From the NCBI RefSeq assembly GCF_009914755.1, contig NC_060948.1: DNA of 64,000 nucleotides; one strand, 5' to 3'. The notes beneath the pieces are model-generated. The model did not search any database. It was not told where the DNA came from and saw only the letters and a program-made list of their open reading frames with translations. Made by a program: the position numbers and the translations under genes. The DNA comes from the human T2T-CHM13v2.0 reference genome, Homo sapiens. This document shows, one piece after another, positions 1 through 13,770 of the stretch; the stretch's first letter is position 1; each line of letters opens with the position of its first letter.

Positions 1-1706
1 AATGGATTGATGCTGTGGGGATGTTGCCTCCACACTTGCCTCTTCTTTTCTGGACTTCCATTTTTCTCCTTGGCCTAGGTTTTAATGGGTCTGGTTCAAC
101 AGTTTTCACACGAAACGTTTCACATTTCACAAAGAATAACCCTCATCAGAATCCGTTGCATGGATATTTACTTCTAAACACTGTCACGTTTTAATGACTA
201 GGCAGCTTTGATAGTTTTAAAGCCATAAATTCCCATTAGAGCCTCCAACAAGGAAACTCTTGTTATCCCATGTCTATCAGATAGACGTGGATCCTCCTCC
301 TGTAGGATGAGAAGCAGACAGCCATGTCTGGCTTTTCCTGGTAATCTAGCCTCAGTTTTATTTCATCTACATGGTTTTCTCATTTTGGAAGGGCTCTTTC
401 ATTGGGCTGCTGCTAGATGGGACTGCCTCTCACCACAGATTATGTAGCTGACAGGATTTCAGAGAGCCCAGAGAGCCAAGGGACCTCAGGAAAGCTGGCT
501 GAGCTCCAGGTGGTGGGTCATTGTCTCGTTTTGGGGCCTGAGGTTGTTTGCACTTTGCAGAAGGGATTTGGGTCCTCTGACAGGAATCACTGAACATTGT
601 TTGGACCCCAGGACAAAGCAGCTCATTCTCTCAGTGAGCCTTGATTTATCTTTGCTTTCATGAGGAATCTACAGTGGCTCTTGATGGTACTGCTGGACAC
701 CCTTTTCAGGATTGCTATCACCACAGACGGCCTTTGAGACACTGACTCAACATCATCTGCAACTGTGAGAAGCCAATCAGAGGTGTGAGAACACAGCTCC
801 ACCTTGGTCTTGCCGTTGTCATGGTTACTGCCTTTCCCTGAGAGCCTCTGTGAGGCCCAGGATGAAGAGAGACAGTGTGGTAAAGAGAACAACCATCTTT
901 CACTGACGCCAGCCTCTGGGGTCTCAGGTATGATCCTATCACCCAAAGAACCCTAAAAAACACACCAGGCTATATTCCAAATCCCATGGGACTTGATTCT
1001 TGCACACAGCCTCTTTTGGGAATATAATTAGAGTAGAAGTTTCCAGCAACAAACTCACAGTCTTAAAATGCCTCCTTCTCCAGCAGGAAGCAATCACAGA
1101 TGGCACAAAAGGGGTCCTGGGAAGTTGAGACTTTTAAGGTCCCACAGTAGGTTTCACAGGTAGCCTTTTTTTTCTGGTACTGGGCTTGCTCTGCCTATAC
1201 CATTTTCCTCTGCCTAGGCAGGCTGACAGCTCTGACAGCTGGACACTTTAGTCTTCCTCACAAATGAGTACGCCCTAGTCCTAGGGCATGAGGCCTGATT
1301 GTGAGCTCTGGCTAGTATCACAATGAATGCACTACTGCCTAGAGACAAGCCTCCAAGGCTTGGCTGAGAAGGAGAACTCCTTGGAGGTTGTGTCAGCAGT
1401 GGACTCTTGCCTGTCTTCTCTGTGGGGTCCATAGTATGATCCCATGATCCTAGGAGAGGGCAGACGTGTGCCTACCTTAAGAAACCTCAAGCAGAGCCCA
1501 AGGAATAAACCGCGAAATACCTAAAAATCCAAAGGACCTGCAGGATTTTTCATGCTTGCCTAGATGTTGTAGGGTTGAGTCTGGAACGCAACCCAACTGT
1601 GCTCTCCAGGGTTGCTCTCTCACAGATGGTGCTTCCTACAGAACCTCAGAGCCTCAGAAGCTGCCGGGCTGTGTGTTTCTTTGGGAGTGTTGTGAGTGTT
1701 GTATGT

Positions 1707-1752
1707 CTGTGTGTGTGTTTGGCATTGTGTGTGTGTGTGTGTGTGTGTGTGA
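1707..1752. repeat. (GT)n microsatellite in array unit 1
   Basis: Interrupted gtgtgt run seen directly. Confidence 0.9.
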
Positions 1753-4199
1753 GTGCACTTGTAAATGGAGGTTGCTTAAAGGAATGTGGCTAATGCACAT
1801 AAGTGCTTCTTTTTGTTTGTTTGTTTTTGCTCTCTTAACCTTTTGATAGCCTGTCCGTGCATCTGCTTGGGCTGTGGGGCTCTGTGTTCTTTATTTTTTT
1901 GTGGATTATGAATACATAGTAAATTGAGAGGCTGGCTAAGACCTGCCAGAAACCAAATCAACTTCCCTCTATAAAAACAGCCACTCTTCTCGAAAGAAGA
2001 GGAGCACATCACACCTAAAAGCAGACATCTCCCAGTGTTTCATTGTAATGAGGCCAATCCGGGGATAGACACTAGCAGTCCTATCTGCAGTGCCAATTGA
2101 ATTTACCTTGAATTCCATTCCCAGCTGAGCAGGTGCTACAGGTCTTGAGCGGGTATTCCTCCATCATCTTGGGATTTCATTCTCAGACAGAGTGTGAGCA
2201 GAAATAAGATCAGATTGGGATGAGGATGCAATCTTCTGAGGGGTGAATGAGGACCCACACCTTCATCTGCAAAACACATGAAGACAGTTGACAGAGAATT
2301 TGCTTCCAACAGCATACCCACATTCCTTTAACTGTACAACTAGTCCACAACATGGCCCAGTATTCAGGTGGGAGTATTCAAATGCAAAGGGAACATTTGG
2401 AATGCAAACTGGGGCCATGCTGGCAAACCCCTGATTTTATGGCTTTCATACCCAGAGCCAAATAGGAGTGGGATGGGTTGATGCTTGGTGGCAGGTGGAC
2501 TCCATACTTCCCTTTTCTTTTTCTGACTTCCATGTTTCTCATCATCCTAGGGTATCCTGGGTCTGCCTCAACGTCTTCCATACTTAAAATTTTTCAGTTA
2601 ATTGCAAACAACCCTCATGGGAATCCATTGCAAGAGTGATTCCTTCTAAACACTGTCATGTTTTAATGACTGGGCAGCTGTGATACTTTTAAAACCATAA
2701 ATTCCCATTACTTCAGTCAACAAGGAAACTTGTTCACCCAGTTACATTGGAGGGCTGCATAATTCCTATAGGATGAGAAACAGGCAGCCCCACTGGCTTT
2801 TGAGTGGGAGTCTAGAATATATTTTATTGCATCTGCACATCCTTTCTCACTGTGTGTGACATTCATTGGGTTGTTGCTGGATGAGACTGCCTCTCACCGC
2901 AGATCTTTTCACTGCCAAAGATTTCAAGGAGCAAAAGGGATTTTGAGTAGGCTGGCAGCACTCCAGGTTGTGGGTCAGGTCTGTTTTTGGAGGCTGGGTT
3001 TTTTGCAAATTGGAGAAGGCTTTTTGTGTGCTGACAGGAATCTTTGAATGTTGCTTTGACTCCAACACAAGGCAGCTCATTCTAGCAGTTGAGCCTTGAT
3101 TTATCTTTATTCTCATGGAGAATCCACAGTGCCTCTCAATAGCACTACTGGACAGCCTTTTCAGGCTTGTAATCACCACAGTTGGCCTTGAAGACACTGT
3201 CTGAACCTCTTCTGCACCTGTGAGAAGAGAGTCCGAGGTGTAAGAACACTGCTTCATCTTGGACTTGCTGTGTTGTGGTTCCTACCTTTCTGAGACAGGA
3301 CTGCAAGGGCCAAAATGAAGGGAAGCATCAAGGTCGAAGGCATGACCATCTTTTCCTAACACCCACCTCTGGAATCTCAGGTATGATTCCATCATCCAAA
3401 GACCCCTCAACCTCTGATCAGACTATATTCCAATCCCCATGGGCAAAGATTCTTTGACACAGCCTCTTTCAGGAATGGAGTCTGAATATCGTTTCCATGG
3501 ACCACCTCACAGTCTCAAAACACTGCCTTGTTCAGTGGGACCTGACCACAAAGACTGCCTGAAGGTGCGGTAATGCTGAGACTTTTAGAGTTTTGCAGAG
3601 TTTATCAGAGGCATCATTTTTTTTGACATCAGGCCACTACTGCCTATAATATTTTCCTCTGTTTAGGAAGGCTGACAGCTCTGACAACAGGACACCAGAG
3701 CCTGCCTCACCAATGCAATGCACTAGTCTCAGGGCACCAGGCCTGAGCTGTGAGCTCTGGCTAGCATCACAATGAATGCCACCATTGCCTAGCGACAAGT
3801 CCCTGCCATAAGGTAGAGAAGTAGCCCTTCGTGGAGGTGCACAGACCATGGATTCTTGCCTTCTTCTGTGTGGGGTCCACAGGATATTCCCATAGTTCTA
3901 GGAGAGGACAGACATTAGCCTGCCTAAAGAAACATCAAGCAGAGCCCCAGGAATAAACTGTGGAATTCCTAACGATTCAAAAAGATTTGCAGGATGCATC
4001 AGACCTGCCTAGACATTGTAAGGGTGAGTCTTTTTGAAATTTGCCCCACTGTGATTTCTAGGTACAGCCCATTTGTGTTGCCCGGAGTTGCTATCTCCCA
4101 GATGGGGCTTCGTGCAGAGCCACGCAGCCTCAGAAGCTGCCAGGATGTGTGTTTCTATGAAAGTAATGTGAATGTTGAATGTCTGTGTATGTGTGTGGC

Positions 4200-4201
<2 letters not shown>

Positions 4202-4237
<36 letters not shown>
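4202..4237. repeat. (GT)n microsatellite in array unit 2
   Basis: Pure gt run at the position paralogous to 1707-1752. Confidence 0.9.
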
Positions 4238-4238
<1 letters not shown>

Positions 4239-7200
4239 ACCTATAAGTAGAATCTGCTTAAAGCAATGTGGCTAATGCACTGCAGCACTTTTTTTTTTTT
4301 CAGTCTTCCAACATTTTGTTGGCCTGTCTGTGGCTCTGCTTGGGCTGCTGTCCATCCTTTTCTTTATCATTTTGTGGAGTTTGAATCTGCAGTGAATTGG
4401 GATGCTGGCTCAGACCTGCCGGAATCCAAATTACTCTCATCTGTAAAACAGCCACTCTTCTAGAAAGAAGAGAAGCACACCACAAACACAAAGAGACATC
4501 TTCCAGTGTTTCATTGTCCTGGGGCCAACCCATAGAGAGACACTAATAGTCATGTCCACCTTCAATTTACTTCGAATTCATTTCCCAGCCTAGCAGGTGC
4601 TTCAGGTCATGAGGGGTTACTCTTTCATCATCTTGTGGTTTCATTTTGGGATAGAGAATGTGAACAACAACAAGGTTAAATAGGGGTTGGGATACAATCT
4701 GATGAGGGGTGGAAAGAGACCCACACATTCACCTGCAAAAAATGTGAAGATAGTTGACACAAAAGTTGCTTCCAACAGCACCACAGCATTTCTTTCATTT
4801 CTCAAGCAGTTTACAACATGGCACAGTGTTCATGTGGGAGTTCTCCAATATGTAGGGAACATTTCAGATGCAAAATTGGGCCATCCTGGCAAACTCCCAA
4901 GTTGAGGGATTTCATACCCATAGTCAAATGGGAGTTGGATGGACTGATGCTGGGTGGGATGTGGCCTCCACACTTCCCTCTTCTTTTCATGATTTTGGTG
5001 TTCCTTGTCAGCCTAGGGTTTTCTGGGTGTGGCTCACCATTTTCCATACTAAACGTTTTCTGCTCCATGAAGAACGACCTACGTGGGAATCCATTGTGTG
5101 ATTGTTTCCTTCAAAATACTGTCAAGTTTTAAAGACTGGGCAGCTTTGATAGTTTTAAAACTATAAATTCCAGCTATAGCTGCTAACAAGGAAACTCTTG
5201 TTCTCCCACTTTTATTGGATGGCTGCATGATTCCTGTGGGATGAGAAAGAGGCAACCATGTCTGGCTTTTGCCTGGTAATCCAGCCTCTGTTTCATTTCA
5301 TCTGCACAACCTTCTCATTGTGGAAGGGTTCTTTCATCGGGCTGTTGGTGGATGGGACTGCCTCTCATCACAATTATTTAGCTGCCCTGAAATACATACT
5401 TTAGTAAACAATTTAGCACTTGTAATTTTTCAACTTTGTTTTCAGCGGAAGTTAATGATGTATGGCATTTCTAGTAGGTAAATGAATGTCTGAATTGTTG
5501 TGAGTTACTTTAGTCACTTCTCAGCTAACAATTTAAGTTATCAAAGGTCTTTACTTGTGCAATATCATAAATGATGGATATTAAAAATTAATAGAATGGA
5601 TCTAACTAAAAGCTGCCATCTAACGTGATATTTTTCAGGAAGATGACAGCAGTAATTATGCCAAAAAATAGTCATTCTCTTAGTTTGACCCATAATAGCA
5701 ATTTCCAACCAAAGATTCCACAGGCAGGGTCCAGATCTGGGCAACAGTTATTAACATAATGGTTATTGTTGAGAATAAATTTTGATACGTCTAGCTGTGC
5801 TTGAATGTCAGTGCTTTGAAGGGACAGGTTTGGCGTATTAATAAGAAAGGGTGCATTGGACTGAATACTAATAAATGAATTGTTTTTCTTATCTTCTATA
5901 ACATGAAAGTTCAATTTGAGATATAGAAACACTGGAACATTTCACAGCATGGCCTGACATTTCACTGCGTTTTTATTTTTTAACGATGTACAAAGTTCAT
6001 TAAATACACAAAGGTAGGACTGCTACAGGAAGAAAGTGGTGGAGTCAGAGGTCACAATCCAAAGCAAGGTGACAGTCTCTTGACGAAGACACCCTGAGTG
6101 CTGAATTAAGGTGAGAATCAACTTTCAGCTGTTAACAGGGGACAGGGAGAATGAAGTTATCAGCAGTTAACATTATTGGATTAATTGAAATGAATGTTGA
6201 CAGAGATTTTATTGGCTTTACATCAAATGGAGTATAGTACTTCAAATTGCGTATTTGATGAGGGTAAACTCTTATCAATTTGCCACATGTAAAATTGAGA
6301 ATTAATTAAGAGATTACACAACCCATACATTATGGGTATCTCATATAAATTTAAATACACATGTGCAAACTTGCAGTGTGCAAATATTTGTCTATACCTA
6401 AATATATCCAAATCCATTGATGAACAGTTAGAAATTTAGAAATTATTCTCCCATTTTATCATTCCCTTTCCTAGAATTTGGTCACAAATATAATTTTTCC
6501 ATCTCTTTGAATCCTACTCTCTGGAGGTATGTAATGTATGGACACAGTAAAGCCTTGAGATATCACAGGGTTTGTATCAGAGAAAATAATAACACTGGTG
6601 TTACAAAAGATCCACTGTGAGGAGAAAGATATATTTAACATGATTACAAATACAGAAGTATTATTTCATCAAAAGCTGATATCAGTGAATACAATTTGTT
6701 TTTAATGTTTTATTTAAAATATTTAATATCAGAAGAATTTCTTGAGTAGAATAATGATATTGGTAAGAAATAATGATTCAGAATTTCCTTTAATTTGTTG
6801 ATTATTTAAAATGTAAGTGAAATACTAAAAAGTACTGTATAATGTAGTTTCATGAAGCATTCTCTATGGTTTTATAAAATTAATAGTCAATGAAATTTTT
6901 TGACACAGAAATTTCCTTATATAATTTATTATTTATTATTGTACTTTCACTTTATTACTTGCATGTCATAACTGATAGAAATAAAAATATTTTCATTTAC
7001 ACATATACAAAACATCGATTTTTGTTTATGTTCTCTAGTGAGAGAAAGTCACCAATAATTTTATCTATGTAGGAAAATTTTGACAAGCCGAAAGTTCTTA
7101 ACATTCTTTTCTTTTGAAGTTTCATATTTCAGTCTAGGTATGAGATCAAATTGACTGTGATTATTTTTTGATTTCACTATGACTACTGAGTTTCTGATAT

Positions 7201-7849
7201 TGTGCTTTATATATATATATAGTGTTATATATATAGTGTTTTTATATATAGTGTGTGTTTATATATATATATATATATATACAGTGACACTCTCCTTAAC
7301 CCAGATGGACTCCTTGTCCTCACTACATGGTCATGGCTCAAAGTATTACTCCTGGTGCCCCAGCCACTGTTTCCAGGTGCAGAGATTGACCAGCATACCC
7401 CTGAGTCCTTGTCCTCCAGTCCAAGTAATATCCATAGAAATAATAAAAGGGTGGCATATTAGTCTTCATGACATTTTTAAGGCTGACCTGTTTATAAGCA
7501 TTTCATGCAGATATTTATGACTTTACCTCATTTATTTAACTTATTTATAGTGCTAATTTCAAAATCAATTTTTGCTTGAGAGTTATTTCAACATACAACC
7601 AAATGTTCAGAGCTATGACACAGGTTTCAAGCTTAAAAGTCTGTATCTGATATTACATTGGGTAAAACCCATCCAACACTTATAAAAATAAGTAATTATT
7701 AGGCATGGCCACTGTAATGATCTAAAACACACTTTGAAATTCTTTGCAAACCAATTTGAAAATATTCCTGATGTGACAGAACACAGTACTTGCTTCTAAT
7801 TAATAGAAAACAGTGAAAGCATTTTCTGGATATTGGGCCACCTCTGGCC

Positions 7850-8255
7850 TAGGCTAGAAAAGGTGACACAGCTCTGCCTAAGTCTCCTGCTGTCATGGGG
7901 ACAAACCCCTCAGGAGCCCCAGACCAGTACATCATGAAGTCTAACACCCTGATAACACTATGCAGAATGGACATCCCATGGAGAGACTCATAGAAATAAA
8001 AGGAGATGCCTGAGGATCTCAGCAGCCCAACCTCCACTATTTGAGTTATGCTAGCCATGGCACCAGGGAAATAAGAAGACACCTGGCAATGTCCCCATCC
8101 TGAGCCATCACTAGATTGTATCCTCCTGAGTGCCCCTGAACCACAATCATTTGGCTGAGAGACTGTGGAAGATTTTAGAGACTGAGAGTTAATAAATTAT
8201 AATTATTGTTTGAAGCCACTAACTTTCTGATAATTTTGAAAAGCACTTTAGACTC
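7850..8255 (+). mobile_element. Degenerate MaLR (MLT1-like) LTR fragment
   Basis: Ends 'aataaattataattattgtttgaagccactaactttctg', resembling the MLT1 3' terminal motif (ttattgttttaagccactaagtttt). Confidence 0.5.
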
Positions 8256-8703
8256 CTAGAAAAACTGAGTTGTCTACTGATTTGAGTAATTTTAGAGAGC
8301 TTTAAAGGCCAACTTCATGAATGCTAATACCTTGGAAAAGTCAAACAATCAAGACTATTCTAAACACAACAGATATTTAATTTCCCTTTGCTATGGCTGG
8401 AGAATAATCTAACATGTATCTGACAGAGTACTTTGAAAGACTCTGTTCACATCTCTTTTCTGGGTATGTGCCAACTCTGGTCTGCTTTAATTTTAGTCAA
8501 CTGCAGCAACTCATATATCATTTTAGGTCCTGGCCTACACTGATCTTTAATCACTGACTGTGTCTGTGTCTGTGTCTGTATGTATTGTGTGTTATCATAT
8601 TTTATCCAAAGGGGCTAAATAACAGTGCTATAGTGGTTTCATAATCATAAAGCATTCCAGGAACACAATATTGCTTATCAACTGAGCTTTAAAACAGATA
8701 TGA

Positions 8704-9016
8704 GGCAGGACATGGTGGCTCACACCTGCACTCCCAGCAATTTGGCAAGCCAAGGTGGGTGGATCTCTTGATGTCAGGAGTTTGTGATAAGCCTGGCCAA
8801 CATGGCAAGATCCCATGTCTAATATCATAGCAAAGCTAGCCAGGCTTGGTGTCCCATGAATATAATCTCATCTATGTGGGAGGCTGATGCAGGAGAATCC
8901 ACTGAAACGCTGAGACAGAGTTTGCGGTGAAGTAAGATGACACCACTGCACTCCATCCTGGGCACCAGAGCCAAGACACTGTCTCAGAAATAAAAATGAA
9001 ATAAAATAATAAAATA
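8704..9016 (+). mobile_element. Alu SINE
   Basis: ggcaggacatggtggctcacacctgcactcccagca ... cactgcactccatcctgggc plus A-rich tail. Confidence 0.9.
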
Positions 9017-9054
9017 GACAGGAGAGATCACTGAGAAAAGAAACACATAAAACT

Positions 9055-9350
9055 GGGTGGGCATTGTGGCTTATGACTGAAATCCCAGCATTTTAAGAGG
9101 CTAAGGTGGGTGGATGGCTTGAGGAAAGGAGCTTGAGACCAGCCTGAGCAAATATTGTGAAACCTGGTCTTTACTAAAAGTGCAGAAAAAAAAAAAAAAG
9201 CTAAGATTGTTGTCACATGCCTGCAGTCATAGCTACTCGGGAGGGTGTGACTGGAGAACTGCTGGAACCCAGGATGGGAAGGTTGCAGTGAGCTGAGATC
9301 ATGCCACTGCACTCCAGCCTAGGCAACAGAGCAGGATTCCATCTAAAAAT
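9055..9350 (+). mobile_element. Alu SINE
   Basis: Dimeric Alu with A-rich linker and gagatcatgccactgcactccagcctaggcaacagag. Confidence 0.9.
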
Positions 9351-9375
9351 ATTAAACAGAGATACAGAGATAGAG

Positions 9376-9379
9376 GAAA

Positions 9380-9437
<58 letters not shown>

Positions 9438-9441
9438 AGAT

Positions 9442-9496
<55 letters not shown>

Positions 9497-9570
9497 AGGA
9501 AAGAAAGAAGGAAAGAAGGAAAGAAAGACAGGGAGAAGGGAGGGAGGGAAGAAGGGAGGGAGAAAAAGAG
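9376..9570. repeat. (GAAA)n tetranucleotide STR and purine-rich tail
   Basis: Two long gaaa runs interrupted by 'gaagata', followed by gga/gaa-rich sequence. Confidence 0.95.
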
Positions 9571-10239
9571 AATGAAAGGCATGAAACCAAAAGGAAATGA
9601 ATAAAAATAAAAACATGATTTTACTCATTATCCACATGAATTTTGAACTATGTTTACATTAATATTTTATGTTTAAAATAATATTAATAATATTTAGGTC
9701 TCTGGTGGACTAACAGAAATGTTAAAATAAGCTGGTGTATATTTGACAATACTCAAGTAACTATGAGTATTGTCAAAATTACTCATGTAACTAAGCTTCT
9801 TGGAAGAGCTGAAACCTAGTTTCCAACAACCAAACACAATTGACATTTGTCATCAAATTGCACACTATTAGGGGCAGGGTAGTCTGTATTATGCTGCCTA
9901 GTCCATATTAAATTAAAAGTGCAATCAAATCTGCAAAAGATTTTCCATTTACTATTACCAGTAATGATTGTTTTGTTTCCTGACTTGTGGAGAGTTTTAT
10001 TCCCATAGCTTTGATGGCTCTGGCAGAAAGCCTTCCTGTTCCAAACTCACCACTTATCATCATAGTACCCGCGTTCAGGCATTAAGAAGAAAAGAGCATC
10101 CAATCCCTCTGCTTTCCTGCATCGGCTCCCATGCACAAGCAAATGTGTTGTGTTAGTGGCTATCAAATATTCATGTATTTGATCAAGGAAATTTGTATTT
10201 CCAAATGGTAAAACAAAAATACTACTATCAGTTGTATTT

Positions 10240-10390
10240 TTATTATTTATTTACTTAGAGTGAGGGTCTTGCTCTGTCAACAGTCTGAATTATACATCAC
10301 TGTAGTCTAACACTTTTGGGCTCAGAGGATCCTCCAACATCAACTTCCTAAAGTACTGAAATTATAGACTTTAGCCATTGTACCCAGCCT
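10240..10390 (-). mobile_element. Degenerate Alu/FLAM fragment
   Basis: T-rich start, 'gagggtcttgctctgtc', 'cctaaagtactgaaattatagactttagccattgtacccagcc'. Confidence 0.7.
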
Positions 10391-12220
10391 CAAGTTTAGA
10401 GATAAAGACTAACGAAGATATTGTAAAGCATGTAAATAAACATAATTGCAGGTTATCTACAGAGCTGTAAGAAACCACTGAAAAACTGCCATTGTGGACA
10501 AGGCTCCTGGCAAAAATGTAATGCAAACAAAGGAATGGGTCCTTCCCAATGAGCCTTCAGATAATACCAGAGACCAGCATGGCATTTCCATTGCTGCTTT
10601 TTGACAGAACATGAAACCTAGTTGTGTGCGTTTTGTGTGTGTGTATAAGCATACATTCACAACCAGTTGAACAATCTAGGATCACCCACACAGTGGAATA
10701 TGATGCAGCTCTTTGTATATATGGTAGAATGCATCCTGAATCTGTCAGTTTCTTGGCTTTTTTTTTTTTGGCTGGTAGGTTATTTATTAGTAATGATTCA
10801 ATTTCAGAAATTGAAATTGGACAGGCTGGAGCTGAGACCGGGTTCACTTTGATTCTGTTGTGGAACAGAGAATGGCATGGCTGTAATTTTGGCTGTGATG
10901 ATTACTGGAAGGTCTCTGCACAAATGGGCTAGTTTTCTGCCTGCAGCAGGAGGCTCTGGGGCTGAAAATCAGCTCCCTTGACATTGCTGTTGAACAGATC
11001 ATTTAGAACCTGGTCTGGGCTAAGAAAGTTGCATTTGCCCAGAAAGTTTCTCAAAGAGCTTATAATTCCCTGACATAGGGAAGAACCAGAGCTGAGAGTG
11101 GGTTCTCCCAATAGGGAACAAAGGCTGGAGAGTCTAGATCCATTTTCTGCTGGAGAGAGCCTGGATAGACTACATTCATTGGCTCAGACAGGCAAGTTCC
11201 CCAGCATGGTAGTTGTTTCTGAGCAGCAGAGGGAGGAGCTGGAACTGAGACTGGGATTCTCGGTTTCTCAATAAAATCATGTGCTCTAGAGATTCTAACA
11301 CCCCAGTGATTTCCATTAGATATATCAGAAGTGAACATCCTTCCAGAGGTAACAAGGCTTATTATATAAGCTACTTGCCCTCTGGGTCCAGTTAGAGCCA
11401 GCAACTTCATCCTTAACCACTAAACTGCCTAAACTGCCTCTGATATTCAGCCTGGGGATGGGTGGAGCACACAGGGCTAAGATGGTCAAAAGTATGATAG
11501 CCTAGATTGGGTGGGGTCACATGAACATTCTGTGGGTAATTACCAAGCTGCCTCTTTGTCACAGCCTGGGAAGTTCTGCAGAGAAAGCCAGGGTGGGATT
11601 TGGCAGTTGGCCAATGATTTGAGCCTGGCAGACCAATCAACCACGGTTGGTTGCTGCAGAATGATGTTGTTGCCTAGTTTCTCTGGTGGTTCTCCTCTGC
11701 TGGCTGGAATGCAAAGCCACCAGTAAGATTACTTTCATGGTCAATGTGAGCCCCATCCATGTAGTTTGTTTCTACCTGACCCCAGTTGTCTGATACCCTC
11801 GATGTTACCCACTGGGTAAGACTAGAGAGAACATCATGTGAAGAATTGCAAAATGGAAAAGAAAAGCCTGAATGTGCACTTTCAACTCTCTCCAATCTGA
11901 AGAAACTGTGAGTCCAGGGAAATGTTTTTCATATGCAACACTGTGCTGGCTTGGGGAGAAAAAAAACTTCAAATTAAAACTGTTCTTTTATCCTATGTGT
12001 ATGGCTATTCTATGTTCTACAGTCAAAAAAGGTGTCATAGATTCAATCCCAAGTTATAGAATCATTCACTAAGGTGTCCTTATCTAAGGATATTTGTGAG
12101 CTGAGTTTTTGTTTGTTTGTTTTTTTGTTTTTGTGGAGAGGGTAGGAATTAGCAGAATCACAGAATGCCTACTCTGTCACTTCAGATCCCAGAAACAGGC
12201 AAGTTAAAAGAATGGTCTAT

Positions 12221-12521
12221 GCTGATCACAGTGGCTCACACCTGTAACTCCAGCACTTTGGGAGGATGAGGTGGGCATATCACAAGTTCAGGAGGTTGAG
12301 ACCATCCTGGCTAAAATGGTGAAATCTCCTCTCTATTAAACATACCAAAAAAGAAAAAAATCAGCCAGGCCTGGTGGCATGTGCCTGTAGTCCCAGCTAC
12401 TTGGAAGGTTGAGGCAGGAATATATCTTGAACCCAGCAGATGGAGGTCAAAGTGAGCTGAGATCATGCCACTTCCCTCCAACATGGGTGACAGAGTGAGA
12501 CTCAATCTCAAAAAAAAAAAA
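12221..12521 (+). mobile_element. Alu SINE
   Basis: gtggctcacacctgtaactccagcactttgggagg ... gacagagtgagactcaatctc plus poly-A. Confidence 0.92.
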
Positions 12522-12721
12522 TACTGGTCCTAAGGGAGGAGTTTAAAATGTTGTGGTGCTTCCATGGAGAACCTGAAAGCTAGAGTAAGCCAAGGGTTGG
12601 ATTTAAGGACAATTTCACGGGACCACCGAAAACCACTTTTTTTTTCCTCTGTGGAACAAAGGAAACAGTGAATGCTGAGCTCCACTGCTTACTGATATAG
12701 GCACATTATCAGCCAGAGATA

Positions 12722-13130
12722 CATGGCTTATTCTGTTTGTGTTCCTATAAAAGAATGAGACTGGAACATTTATAAAGAAAAAAGCTTTCATTGGCTCCTG
12801 GTTCTGGAGGCTGTAAAAGATGTGTGGTCTCAGCATCTGCATCTGGTGAGAGTCTCATGAGGCTTCCACTCAGGACAGAAGGTAAAGGAAAACAGGCATG
12901 CCACATGTGGAGAGAGCAAGAGAGAGAATGGGAGACAGTATCAGGCTCTTTTGAACAACCTATTTGGATGTAAATTCCATTGTGGGAACTAATAGAGTGG
13001 AAAACTCACTTATTAACCATGGTGAGGGTGCCAAGCCATTTATGAGGGATCCAGCCCCACACTAGGTGTCATTTATAGTGTGGACAACCACATTTCAACC
13101 TGAGGCTTGGAGGGAAAAATATTTAAACTA
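12722..13130. mobile_element. MaLR LTR (MST/THE1 group)
   Basis: 'gagactggaacatttataaagaaaaaag...ggctcctggttctggaggctgta...agcatctgcatctggtgag...gaaggtaaagg...cacatttcaacctgaggcttggaggg' matches the MSTA/MSTB pattern. Confidence 0.75.
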
Positions 13131-13471
13131 CAAAAATAAGCCAGTTTAATAGTCATGCAGAGTTATGGTAAAAAAAATCATTTTTCCTCTTCAAAACCCT
13201 GGGGCTACAAGATGCTGGGCTTCATTAGCTTCCAGAGATTGGCAAGTTAGTATTAAAACTCTTAGGCATCAAGCTGAGAAGTCAGGGAAATAGTTGGGTA
13301 GTTTGACTTCTTGGAAGGAAAATTTAGAAGCTCAGTATATTGCTAGAGTGAGTGACGATGAAGACTGATGGGAAATGCCTATGTGCCTGCTCTCAGAGGA
13401 CCTTGACAGATCCAAAAGTCAGGAGGATTAGAAGCAAGATACCTGGGCAGAAGCTATAAAAGTGAGGACAT

Positions 13472-13770
13472 GACTGGATGTGGTGGCCCATGTCTGTAAT
13501 CCTAGAACTTTGGGAGGCCAAGGAGGGGGATCACCTGAGGTCAGGAATTTGAGACCAGCGTGACCAACATGGTGAAACTTTTTCTTCACTAAAAAATACA
13601 AAAATTAGCCTGTCATAGTGGTGGTCACCTGTATTTCCAGCTACTCGGAAGGCTGAGGCAGGGGAATCACAGGAGGCAGGGGTTGCAATGAGCCAAGATC
13701 ATGCCATTGCACTTCAGCCCAGGTGACAGAGTAATACTCTGTCTCAAAAGAAATGAAAAAACAAAAAAAG
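13472..13770 (+). mobile_element. Alu SINE
   Basis: Full dimer with A tail; degenerate TSD (aaaagtgaggacat before, aaaagagtcaagccat after). Confidence 0.9.

Larger units (their letters stand above)
1..5385. repeat. Tandem array of ~2.47-kb diverged units (two full units plus ~450 bp of a third); Y-chromosome NORF/TTTY-type repeat
   Basis: The same landmarks recur with ~2470-bp spacing: 'ttctaaacactgtca.gttttaatgact' at ~172, ~2644 and ~5110; unit starts at ~1, ~2473 and ~4939; a GT tract at the same offset in units 1 and 2. Unit size and visible divergence fit the ~2.48-kb NORF arrays that give rise to TTTY transcripts (recalled). Confidence 0.85.

Noticed and set aside
623-5132. Similar short ORFs in successive array units (623-946 and 2847-3257)
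   Set aside because: The similarity reflects the DNA repeat; starts, stops and frames are not conserved between units.
5672-5932. 86-aa minus ORF next to the array edge
   Set aside because: No recognisable motif or splice structure; cannot be supported as coding.
9213-9637. KERK-rich and FLSF-rich ORFs
   Set aside because: Translation artefacts of the (GAAA)n microsatellite.
10820-11820. Cluster of minus-strand ORFs suggesting a processed pseudogene
   Set aside because: No recognisable protein motif; the sequence resembles the antisense 5' UTR of an ancient L1M and adjoins an L1 fragment at ~10720-10820. Unconfirmed without RepeatMasker.
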